Assembly: GCA_964236165.1 (NCBI GenBank)
Contig: CAXSDU010000001.1
Coordinates: 92,523-156,522 of the forward strand
Origin: an uncultured Parafilimonas sp.
GTDB lineage: Bacteria; Bacteroidota; Bacteroidia; Chitinophagales; Chitinophagaceae
Direction: 5' to 3'
DNA length: 64,000 nt
Part shown: piece by piece, positions 38,196 to 47,037 of the stretch
Position numbering within the stretch: position 1 is the stretch's first letter
Layout of the letters: each line of letters starts with the position of its first letter
Position numbers and translations under genes: made by a program
Notes under the pieces: generated by a model
The model's database searches: none
What the model was told of the DNA's origin: nothing
Seen by the model: the letters and a program-made list of their open reading frames with translations, nothing else

Positions 38196-38642
38196 ATGAA
38201 TATTAGCTGGCACTGTAAAGCTTTTAAAAATCTCACGCCGCATGAACTTTACCAGGTTATAAGATTGCGCAACGAAGTTTTTGTGGTTGAACAAAATTGT
38301 GTTTTCCAGGATGCAGATAATAAAGATCAAAATTGTTTACACCTGATGGGTTGGATAGATGATAACCTCGCTGCATATACACGTCTTTCGCCGCAAGGTT
38401 ATATTTATAAAGAAGTTTCTATTGGACGTGTAGTAACATCGCCTGCATTTAGAAATAAAGGTTTAGGTTATGAACTAATGAAAAAATCTATTGAGCAATG
38501 CAAAGAAATTTTTGGCGATACTGCAATTAAAATAGGTGCGCAGTATCATTTAAAAAAATTCTATGGTTCGTTTGGGTTCAAGCAAATAAGTGGTATTTAT
38601 CTGGAAGATGGAATTGAACATATTTATATGCTGTTATCCTAA
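38196..38642 (+). CDS. elaA: ElaA-family GNAT acetyltransferase
   Basis: LRNEVFVVEQNC, IGRVVTS, IGAQYHL..FYGSFGF, YLEDGIEHIYM. Confidence 0.88.
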   Translation: MNISWHCKAFKNLTPHELYQVIRLRNEVFVVEQNCVFQDADNKDQNCLHLMGWIDDNLAAYTRLSPQGYIYKEVSIGRVVTSPAFRNKGLGYELMKKSIEQCKEIFGDTAIKIGAQYHLKKFYGSFGFKQISGIYLEDGIEHIYMLLS

Positions 38643-38656
38643 ATTAAAATTCAACA

Positions 38657-39796
38657 ATGAGCTATCAACAACGCGCAATATTTTTATTTATACTGATAGC
38701 ATTTGCCGGATGTAAATTATCTGAGAACAATGTTTCAATTGTTGACACCACAAAGCAGGAATGGCTTTTACCGTTTTCAAAACTTGATGCTGTAAATCCT
38801 GTAATGAAGCCGGGCAATTTAAAATTCTTTTGTCCTGTTCAGCAGAAAGAAATTATGTGGGAAGAGAAGAATGTTTATAATCCTGCGGTTACAATTAGAA
38901 ATGATACAATGATTATATTGTACAGAGCGCAGGATAGTGCAGGTTGTTCAAGAATTGGGCTTGCGAAAAGTACGGATGGAATTCATTTTGTAAGAAATGC
39001 TTCGCCTGTTTTATATCCGGATAATGATGCATACAAAAAATATGAATGGCCCGGCGGCTGTGAAGATCCGCGACTTGTGCAGGATAGTGCAGGCATTTAT
39101 TATTTAACTTATACAGCTTATGATGGCGAAGCAGCACGACTAATGATAGCCACTTCAAAAGATTTATATCATTGGCAAAAAAAAGGTGTTGTTTTTAATA
39201 ATGCGCGTTATAAAAATATTTGGTCTAAATCAGGTTCAATCGTTTCAATTTATACTGATGGAAAAGCTATTGCTGTAAAAATTAATAATAAATATTGGAT
39301 GTATTGGGGCGATAAATATATCTGGCTGGCAACATCAACAGATCTTATACACTGGATGCCAGTTGAAACAGCAAGCAATGAAAATAAAGGTTATGATTCC
39401 GTTTATTCAGAAAATAATATTTCAGCTTTAAAAATTGCAATACCTACGCGCAAAAATAAATTTGATTGTGATTTGGTAGAAAGCGGGCCGCCTGCAATGC
39501 TTACAGAAAATGGCATCTTACTTATTTACAACAGTAGAAATATTCCTGGCATTGGTGATAGCAGTTTGCCTTTTGGAACGTACACTGTTTCGCAGGTTTT
39601 GCTGAGTAAAAATGAGCCTTCAAAACTTATAAAAAGAATGAACACCTATTTTTTAAAACCGCAACAGCCTTATGAATTTAATGGCGAAGTAAATAATGTT
39701 TGTTTTGCAGAAGCTTTGGCGTATTATAAAAATAAATGGTGGTTATACTATGGAACAGCGGATTCAAAAATTGCAGTGGCTGTAAAAAATAAATAA
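38657..39796 (+). CDS. Glycoside hydrolase family 130 lipoprotein
   Basis: Lipobox FAGC; YNPAV, YRAQD, GCEDPR, YTAYDG, KSGS, ESGPP, NVCFAEAL, YYGTAD. Confidence 0.88.
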   Translation: MSYQQRAIFLFILIAFAGCKLSENNVSIVDTTKQEWLLPFSKLDAVNPVMKPGNLKFFCPVQQKEIMWEEKNVYNPAVTIRNDTMIILYRAQDSAGCSRIGLAKSTDGIHFVRNASPVLYPDNDAYKKYEWPGGCEDPRLVQDSAGIYYLTYTAYDGEAARLMIATSKDLYHWQKKGVVFNNARYKNIWSKSGSIVSIYTDGKAIAVKINNKYWMYWGDKYIWLATSTDLIHWMPVETASNENKGYDSVYSENNISALKIAIPTRKNKFDCDLVESGPPAMLTENGILLIYNSRNIPGIGDSSLPFGTYTVSQVLLSKNEPSKLIKRMNTYFLKPQQPYEFNGEVNNVCFAEALAYYKNKWWLYYGTADSKIAVAVKNK

Positions 39797-39802
39797 ATTA
39801 AT

Positions 39803-40741
39803 ATGCGCCTTTCAATTAAGATAAAAGAAGATGATATTTTTTCTGTAATTAGTCTAAAGGATGAATTACAAAAAACAGAAGCGGTTATTTATACTTTCGG
39901 TGGTTTGCTAAATAATTTTACTATCGAAGGCAAGCAAAATATTATTGATGGCTTTAATTCCTGCAGCGATGCTAAAGAAAATATTACCAACGGATTTAAA
40001 AGCTGCAAGCTTAGTCCGTTTGTGTGCAGAATAAATAAAGGTGAGTTTTCTTTTCAGCAAGAAAAATATAAAACCGGAAAATTTTTTTTAGATGAAGAAG
40101 CTATTCACGGATTATTGTTCGATGAAGTTTTCACGATTATTGATGCCGGTGCTGATGATGAAAAAGCTTTTGTTACACTTGAACATTTATATTCAAAAAA
40201 AAATGAAGGATTTCCTTTTGAATTTTCCTGTACAATTACCTTCCAGCTTGAAGAAAAAAATAAACTTTCAATTACAACGGTTATCACTAATAAAGCAAAT
40301 AAAGAAATGCCTTTGTGTGATGGCTGGCATCCATATTTCACTTTTAATCAAACTATAAATAATTTATTGTTTAAAATAAATGCAGATAAAATTTTAGCGT
40401 TTGATGAAAGACTTTTACCGACGGGGGAAATTTTATCATTCAACAATTTTCAAACACCTGAAAAATTAAATGATACATTTTTTGATAATTGTTTCATACT
40501 GAAAAACAATTCAGAACCTGCTTGCATTATTACCGATACAAAAAATAAATTACAGTTGAGTATTTCACCATATCAATCATATCCGTATTTGCAGGTTTAT
40601 ACGCCGCCGCACCGTAATAGTATTGCAATAGAAAATTTAAGCGCAGCACCGGATGCTTTCAATAACAAAACAGATTTGATAATTTTAAACCCCGGAGAAA
40701 GTAAAACGTTTACAACAACTTTTCAGGCAGAATATTTTTAA
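39803..40741 (+). CDS. Aldose 1-epimerase family protein
   Basis: LSPFVCRI, AIHGLL, GWHPYF, FDNCF, QVYTP, IAIEN...PDAFN. Confidence 0.88.
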   Translation: MRLSIKIKEDDIFSVISLKDELQKTEAVIYTFGGLLNNFTIEGKQNIIDGFNSCSDAKENITNGFKSCKLSPFVCRINKGEFSFQQEKYKTGKFFLDEEAIHGLLFDEVFTIIDAGADDEKAFVTLEHLYSKKNEGFPFEFSCTITFQLEEKNKLSITTVITNKANKEMPLCDGWHPYFTFNQTINNLLFKINADKILAFDERLLPTGEILSFNNFQTPEKLNDTFFDNCFILKNNSEPACIITDTKNKLQLSISPYQSYPYLQVYTPPHRNSIAIENLSAAPDAFNNKTDLIILNPGESKTFTTTFQAEYF

Positions 40742-41121
40742 GCCGATGTGCAGGCAATTACACTTATTTCAACATTTACATCTTTTGGCAAACCCTTTAC
40801 GGCAACTGTTTCCCGTGCAGGAAAATCGCTATTAAAATAACTGCCATAAATTTCATTTACTTCACCAAATAAACTCATATCACTTAAAAAAATTGTTGTT
40901 TTTACTACGTGTTGAAATGTAAGATTGGCTTCGCATAATATAGCTTCAAGATTTTTCATAACACGATGCGTTTCTTCTTTTACACTTGTTTTTATAATAT
41001 CATTTGTAATAGGATCAATTGCAACCTGCCCGCTGATAAATAAAAAATCTCCTGCTTTTATTGCCTGGCTATAAGGTCCGATTGGTGCAGGCGCTTTTTC
41101 AGTTTTAATTATCTGCTTCAT
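40738..41121 (-). CDS. ridA: RidA (YjgF/YER057c/UK114) imine deaminase
   Basis: APAPIGPYSQA, FISGQV, VVKTTIFL, PARETVAV..LPKDVNVEI. Confidence 0.93.
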   Translation of the reverse strand: MKQIIKTEKAPAPIGPYSQAIKAGDFLFISGQVAIDPITNDIIKTSVKEETHRVMKNLEAILCEANLTFQHVVKTTIFLSDMSLFGEVNEIYGSYFNSDFPARETVAVKGLPKDVNVEISVIACTSA

Positions 41122-41200
41122 AAATTTCTATTATTAAGTAAAGCAAGATGCATTTTTTCCTTCAACCTTACAACCTATTTTTGTAATCAAGATTTATATA

Positions 41201-41818
41201 ATGCATATTGTTATTCGCGCAACAGATGAACAAAAAAAAGAGTTATTGCAAAAAGGTTTTGATAAAACCGTAAGCGTAGAATGGCTTGCAGAAAATGAAA
41301 AATTTAAACACACCGCAGATGTATTTTTTGATCTTGCATTTAATGATGCAAACGTTAATACAAATAATTTTATAAATGATATAATCGTTTTTGCGAATGC
41401 AGTAAGTTGTACCTGTAAAGAAATCAACAAAAAAAATTATGTGCGCATAAATGCATGGCCGGGATTTTTAAACCGTTCAGTTATTGAATTATCTGCGTGC
41501 GATGAAAATTATAAACAAAAAGTAGCTTCAATCTTTAATGCACTTAAATGGCAATTTGTTTTTGTGCCGGATAATTATGGTTTTATTGCTGCACGCATTA
41601 TTGCCATGATAATAAATGAGGCTCATTATGCATTGCAGGAAAATGTAAGTACCAAAGAACAAATTGATATTGCCATGAAACTCGGCACAAATTATCCTTA
41701 CGGACCTTTTGAATGGAGTGAAAAAATTGGTATAAAAAAAATTAATCTGTTGCTTAAAAAATTATCAGCACAAAATAAACGCTACACCATTGCCGGTTTA
41801 TTGCAAACATCAATATAA
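41201..41818 (+). CDS. 3-hydroxyacyl-CoA dehydrogenase family protein (C-terminal domain with degenerate N-terminus)
   Basis: GFIAARIIAMIINEA, IDIAMKLGTNYPYGPFEW; no GxGxxG or HFFNP. Confidence 0.75.
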   Translation: MHIVIRATDEQKKELLQKGFDKTVSVEWLAENEKFKHTADVFFDLAFNDANVNTNNFINDIIVFANAVSCTCKEINKKNYVRINAWPGFLNRSVIELSACDENYKQKVASIFNALKWQFVFVPDNYGFIAARIIAMIINEAHYALQENVSTKEQIDIAMKLGTNYPYGPFEWSEKIGIKKINLLLKKLSAQNKRYTIAGLLQTSI

Positions 41819-41827
41819 AAAATTTAA

Positions 41828-42496
41828 TTGCCTTTAATACTAATTATAGATAGTGCTTTTGAAGAATGTTTTGTTGCACTTAGCAATAATGAGGAAGTTA
41901 TTGCTCATGAAAAAAGTGTTGTACAAAAAGATCATGCTTCGTTTGTGCAACCTGCAATAAAAAAAATTTGTAACGATGCATTAATTAACTTATCATCAAT
42001 TGATGCAGTTGCTGTTGTAAACGGACCCGGAAGTTATACTGGATTAAGAGTTGGTTTAGCATCAGCAAAAGGTATTTGTTATGTGTTAAACAAACCTCTG
42101 ATACTTTTAAATACACTTGATGTGCTTGCCTTTGCGTTGCAACAAAATGTTAACGCGCAACAAAATATTTTATTTTGCCCAATGATTGATGCACGAAGAA
42201 TGGAAGTGTTTACAGCCTTATACTCCGGCAAATTAATGCGGTTAAACGATTATGCATCTATTATACTGGATGATACTTTTCTCAGCAGCGAAAAAGATAA
42301 ACATACAATAGTTGCAGGTGGAAATGGAAGTATAAAATTGAAGAACATGGTAAGTTTTAAGAATATTATTTACGGAGTATTAAATTATAATCTCACTCAT
42401 GTTTTAGCAAATGCTTATCAGGCATATAAATCTCAAAATTTTGCTAACCTGGCTTATAGTGAGCCTTTTTATATAAAGCCTGCTTATATAAGATAA
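41828..42496 (+). CDS. tsaB: tRNA threonylcarbamoyladenosine biosynthesis protein TsaB
   Basis: ILIIDS, GPGSYTGLRVG, PMIDARRMEVF, EPFYIK; TTG start. Confidence 0.93.
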   Translation: MPLILIIDSAFEECFVALSNNEEVIAHEKSVVQKDHASFVQPAIKKICNDALINLSSIDAVAVVNGPGSYTGLRVGLASAKGICYVLNKPLILLNTLDVLAFALQQNVNAQQNILFCPMIDARRMEVFTALYSGKLMRLNDYASIILDDTFLSSEKDKHTIVAGGNGSIKLKNMVSFKNIIYGVLNYNLTHVLANAYQAYKSQNFANLAYSEPFYIKPAYIR

Positions 42497-42556
42497 ACTT
42501 CAAGGGCACAGTTATTGTTTTATGGCAGTATTAATATTTGAGTGAGAGGAATTGTT

Positions 42557-42895
42557 ATGAATAATATTCAATCAGGTGCGCTATACAACCAGGAAAATAA
42601 TGAAACTATACAGATAGATTTCATTCGCTTGAAAAAAGCCGCAATGATTTTACGCGCATTAAACCATAAATTAAGGCAGCAATTGTTACATCTTTTAGAC
42701 GAGCATAAAAAGGTTACTGTAACAGAAATTTATGTTAAGTTAAGGCTTGAGCAATCGGTTGTATCGCAACATCTCGCAATTATGCGCCGCGCAGGTGTAG
42801 TTTCCACAAAACGTGAAGGGAAATTTATTTACTATTCTGTCAATTACAACCGCATAAAAGAAATTAGTGCATTTGTAGAACAATTGTTCAGTTAA
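42557..42895 (+). CDS. ArsR/SmtB family transcriptional regulator
   Basis: LRALNHKLRQQLL, EQSVVSQHLAIMRRAGVV..REGKFIYY; ATG 42557 preferred. Confidence 0.9.
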   Translation: MNNIQSGALYNQENNETIQIDFIRLKKAAMILRALNHKLRQQLLHLLDEHKKVTVTEIYVKLRLEQSVVSQHLAIMRRAGVVSTKREGKFIYYSVNYNRIKEISAFVEQLFS

Positions 42896-42944
42896 ACTTA
42901 AAGTATAAATCGTGCGGCAAGTGTAGCTTTGTATAAATTGATTT

Positions 42945-44357
42945 ATGCATATTCAGCAACTATATACAAATTGCCTTAGCGAAGCAGCATATTACATTGA
43001 AAGTAATGGCGAAGCAGCCATTATTGATCCACTACGTGATATTGACGAATACCTTTCGCTTGCCCAAAAAAGAAATACCAAAATCAAATTTATTTTTGAA
43101 ACGCATTTTCACGCAGATTTTGTAAGCGGACATATTGATCTTAGCAAGGCAACAGGCGCGCCAATTATATATGGACCGCAAACACAAACATCATTTCCTG
43201 TGTATGTTTCAAAAGATGATGAAGAATTTAAGTTGGGTGATGTAACAATAAAAGTTTTACATACGCCCGGTCATACATTAGAAAGTTCCTGTTATTTATT
43301 AAAAGATGAAGCAGGAAAAGATTATGCAATATTTACGGGCGATACTTTATTTGTTGGCGATGTAGGACGACCTGATCTTTCTCAAAAAGACGAAAGTTTA
43401 ACTACAGAAGATCTTGCTGGAATTATGTTTAATAGTCTGCAGAAAAAAATAATTCCGCTTGCAGATAATGTAATTATTTATCCTGCGCACGGTGCAGGCA
43501 GCAGCTGCGGAAAAAATATTAGTGCACAAACGTTTAGTACTATTGGTCAGGAAAAACAAACTAATTATGCTTTAAAAGCAGAATCAAAAAAAGAATTTAT
43601 AAAAGCTGTTACCGATGGACTTTCAGAACCACCGCAATATTTTCCTGTTAATGCAAAAATTAATAAAGAAGGATATGAAAGCCTGGATATTATTTTAACC
43701 AAAGCTTTAAAGCCGCTGACTGTTACTAAAATAAAAGAAATATTGAATGATGATAATATTATTTTACTTGATACAAGAAATGCTTTACAGTTTACTGAAG
43801 GCTTTATTCCAGGTTCAATATTTATAGGGCTTGAAGGACGTTTTGCTGAATGGGCAGGTAGTCTTTTGCCCTTTGATAAAACGTTGTTGCTGGTTTGTAA
43901 TAAGGAAAAAGAAAAAGAAAGTGCGGTGCGGCTTGCACGTGTTGGCTTTAGCAAATTTGCAGGTTATCTTGAAGGTGGTTTTAATGCCTGGAAAGATGCC
44001 GGAGAAAAAGTTGACATGGTTATAAATATTGAACCGGATGAGTTAGCAATGGATTTGCCTTTTGATGAAAAACTTTTGGTAGTTGATGTTAGAAGAGAAA
44101 CAGAATTTGCGGATGGACATATAAAAAATGCAATTAATATTCCCTTATCAGATTTAACCGATCCTGCAAGCATGGTTAATCTTGAAGAAGACCAAAATAT
44201 TTACTTGCATTGCGGAAGTGGCTATCGCAGTGTAATTGCATCTTCGTTCATTAAAAAACAAGGTATTCATAACTTATACAATGTGCTGGGTGGCTGGGAG
44301 AAAATTAAAGAACAAAAAAATATTTCACAACAAAAAGAAGCAAGTGTTTTAAATTAG
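42945..44357 (+). CDS. MBL-fold persulfide-dioxygenase-like hydrolase with two rhodanese domains (CstB-like)
   Basis: ETHFHADFVSGH, HTPGHT, FTGDTLFVGDVGRPD, PAHGAGSSCG, C-terminal HCGSGYRS; own TAGCTTTG promoter at 42924-42931. Confidence 0.88.
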   Translation: MHIQQLYTNCLSEAAYYIESNGEAAIIDPLRDIDEYLSLAQKRNTKIKFIFETHFHADFVSGHIDLSKATGAPIIYGPQTQTSFPVYVSKDDEEFKLGDVTIKVLHTPGHTLESSCYLLKDEAGKDYAIFTGDTLFVGDVGRPDLSQKDESLTTEDLAGIMFNSLQKKIIPLADNVIIYPAHGAGSSCGKNISAQTFSTIGQEKQTNYALKAESKKEFIKAVTDGLSEPPQYFPVNAKINKEGYESLDIILTKALKPLTVTKIKEILNDDNIILLDTRNALQFTEGFIPGSIFIGLEGRFAEWAGSLLPFDKTLLLVCNKEKEKESAVRLARVGFSKFAGYLEGGFNAWKDAGEKVDMVINIEPDELAMDLPFDEKLLVVDVRRETEFADGHIKNAINIPLSDLTDPASMVNLEEDQNIYLHCGSGYRSVIASSFIKKQGIHNLYNVLGGWEKIKEQKNISQQKEASVLN

Positions 44358-44414
44358 TGATAAGCAATAAATTATCATTATTATTAATCATTATACATTA
44401 CTCGCAACACTAAT

Positions 44415-45296
44415 TTAAATCATTAGTTTTTGATGTTTTTCAGGATTGAATGTATGTTTCCACCGGCGATGACTCCATAAATAATTTGTTGGATCTTCTT
44501 TTATAGATTGTTCTAATAAAGCAATCATTTTCTTTGTCAACTCACCTTCACGCAAACTGCACGGATCTTCGCTAAGCAAATAAAATTCCACTCCATAAAA
44601 ACCTCTTTTATATTTAAAAATTTTTACGTAATAGACAATACAATTATTTAACCTGGCATTTTTTTCAGGACCTGTAACAAACGGAACAGGCTTATTAAAA
44701 AAATTACTCCAGTATGCATTTTCAATTACGCCCGGGTTTTGATCTGCAACGAACATAACGCAATATTTCTCTTTCATAAAAGGGAAAAAATCTCTTCTGA
44801 AATGTGTAGCCACTATCATATTTGCATTAAACCGTGTACGTATTTTACAAAAAAGCTTATCAAAGATTTTATTTACTACCGGCATATAAACAACCAGCAC
44901 CGGGAATTTTGAAGTAATGCTTAATGCAAGATTTGCAAGTTCCCAATTAAAAAAATGCCCGAGATGTGCCTGTATGTTTTTACCTTTGTCGTAATACTTG
45001 TTTATATGTTCTATGGGCACAATAAATCTTTTGTTTAATTCTTTTTTAGAAATGCTCAGCAACTTTATTGTTTCAATAAAACTATCTATCAGGTTTTTAT
45101 AGAATTGTTTCGCAATTTGTTTTTTTTCTGCTTCATTTTTTTCAGGAAACGCAATAGCAAGGTTATTCATTACAACGTCTTTTCTATATCCCCAAACATG
45201 ATATATAATGAAATAAAAAAAATCGCTGATGCGATATAATATAAAAAAAGGAAGTAGTGAGATCAGGTATAAAAATCCATACACAAAATAATACAT
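44415..45296 (-). CDS. Lipid A / lysophospholipid acyltransferase (LpxL/HtrB family)
   Basis: GHFFNWE, FVADQNP, YLWSHRRWKH. Confidence 0.88.
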   Translation of the reverse strand: MYYFVYGFLYLISLLPFFILYRISDFFYFIIYHVWGYRKDVVMNNLAIAFPEKNEAEKKQIAKQFYKNLIDSFIETIKLLSISKKELNKRFIVPIEHINKYYDKGKNIQAHLGHFFNWELANLALSITSKFPVLVVYMPVVNKIFDKLFCKIRTRFNANMIVATHFRRDFFPFMKEKYCVMFVADQNPGVIENAYWSNFFNKPVPFVTGPEKNARLNNCIVYYVKIFKYKRGFYGVEFYLLSEDPCSLREGELTKKMIALLEQSIKEDPTNYLWSHRRWKHTFNPEKHQKLMI

Positions 45297-45325
45297 CAGC
45301 AAAAAGTATCTGTAAAGTTAAAGTG

Positions 45326-46939
45326 TTATAAAATGATGTTTTGTACAAGATCACTTTTGCCGGGATGATCTGTGTTGTAATGTAAGCCGCGGCTTTCTTT
45401 TCTAAATTCTGCACCTTTTACAATAAGATAGGCAACAGTAATAAGGTTCCTTAGCTCACAAAGTTGCGGCGATATTTTTGTTGATTTATACAAAACCTCT
45501 GTTTCTTCAAACAAAAGATCAAGCCTTTTCATAGCACGTTCTAAACGCACATCATTTCTTACAATGCCAACATAATCGCTCATTGCCTGTTGCAATTCTT
45601 TTACACTTTGTGTTATCAATATCATTTCTTTTGGTTCAGATGTGCCTTGTGCATTCCAGTCGGGTATTGTGTTCCAAACATTTTCTCCAAAAGAAGAAGT
45701 TTGTAAATTCTCCATTTTTTCAATTGTATCTAAGTAAGCGCGGTGACCAAACACCATTGCTTCCAACAAACTATTGCTTGCCAAACGATTTGCTCCGTGT
45801 AAACCAGTGCTTGAACATTCGCCGCAGGCATATAAATTTTGTATTGAGCTATGTGCATATTCATCTGTTTTTATTCCGCCGCAACTATAATGCGCAGCGG
45901 GCGCAACAGGAATCATTTTTATTGTAACATCAATACCAATACTTAAACATTTTTCATAAATATTCGGGAAGTGATGAACAAATTTTTCTTTATCCATTTG
46001 CCTGCAATCAAGATAAACATGTTCTGTTCCGTTACGCTTCATTTCATTATCAATTGCTCTTGCAACAATATCGCGTGGTGCAAGATCTTTTCGCTCATCA
46101 TATTTTTCCATAAAAGCTTCATCATCTTTATTACGCAATATGCCGCCATCACCACGAACAGCTTCTGTAATTAAAAAAGACGGAGAAATACCAGGCTCGT
46201 ATAAAGCCGTTGGATGGAATTGTATGAATTCCATATTCTCTATTTTTCCTTTTGCGCGGTAAATCATAGCAATACCATCACCTGTTGCAATTTTAGGATT
46301 TGTAGTTGTGCGATATACCTGCCCGCAACCACCGGAAGCAATTAAAGTAACTGGCGATAAAATTTTTTCAATATGATTATTTAAATGATTTAAAACATAT
46401 ACGCCGAAACATGTAATATCCTGTGTTGATTTTGTTACGAGATATCCGAGATGATGCTGCGTAATAATATCAACCACAAAACAATGATTAATGAATTTTA
46501 TGTTTGGCAGTTTTTTAAGTTCTTTTAATAAAGCACGTTCCATTTCCTTGCCCGTTACATCTTTATGATGAAGAATACGGTTTTCGCTATGTCCGCCTTC
46601 TCTGCCTAAAGTATAATCTCCGCTTTCATTTTTATCAAACTCTGCTCCGTATTCAATAATTTCTTTTATGCGTTCGGGACCTTCTTTCACTACAATTTCA
46701 ACAATAGGTTCGTTGCATAAACCATCGCCGGCGATTAAAGTATCTTCTATATGTTTTTCAAAACTGTCATTGGCATCCCAAACACCTGCCACGCCACCTT
46801 GCGCATATTTTGTATTTGTTTCATCGGCAGTTGTTTTAGTAACAATCAATATTTGTTTTTTTGGAAATGCCTTGGCCGTTTTTATTGCGTATGTTAAACC
46901 GGCAACACCGGAGCCAATTACTAAAAAATCTGTTTGCAT
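45326..46939 (-). CDS. nadB: L-aspartate oxidase
   Basis: IGSGVAGL, YAQGGV, REGGHS..RILH, EFIQFHPT, TEAVRGDG, HYSCGG, GLHGANRLASNSLLE, ESRGLHY. Confidence 0.96.
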   Translation of the reverse strand: MQTDFLVIGSGVAGLTYAIKTAKAFPKKQILIVTKTTADETNTKYAQGGVAGVWDANDSFEKHIEDTLIAGDGLCNEPIVEIVVKEGPERIKEIIEYGAEFDKNESGDYTLGREGGHSENRILHHKDVTGKEMERALLKELKKLPNIKFINHCFVVDIITQHHLGYLVTKSTQDITCFGVYVLNHLNNHIEKILSPVTLIASGGCGQVYRTTTNPKIATGDGIAMIYRAKGKIENMEFIQFHPTALYEPGISPSFLITEAVRGDGGILRNKDDEAFMEKYDERKDLAPRDIVARAIDNEMKRNGTEHVYLDCRQMDKEKFVHHFPNIYEKCLSIGIDVTIKMIPVAPAAHYSCGGIKTDEYAHSSIQNLYACGECSSTGLHGANRLASNSLLEAMVFGHRAYLDTIEKMENLQTSSFGENVWNTIPDWNAQGTSEPKEMILITQSVKELQQAMSDYVGIVRNDVRLERAMKRLDLLFEETEVLYKSTKISPQLCELRNLITVAYLIVKGAEFRKESRGLHYNTDHPGKSDLVQNIIL

Positions 46940-47037
46940 ATTGCAAAAGTAAAAGGTTAATATTGATTGGAGCCGGAATGAGGCTGCTTATAATTTGCAA
47001 CGTAACAATTACGTTATTTGTCTTTATTTGTACAACT

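Noticed and set aside
46861-47037. Apparent 79-nt head-to-head overlap between nadB and the T9SS cargo gene (similar long extensions at natA 14678-14794, serS 20660-20809, acpH 29999-30037)
   Set aside because: Artefacts of longest-ORF start calling; downstream ATGs give proper N-termini and promoter positions
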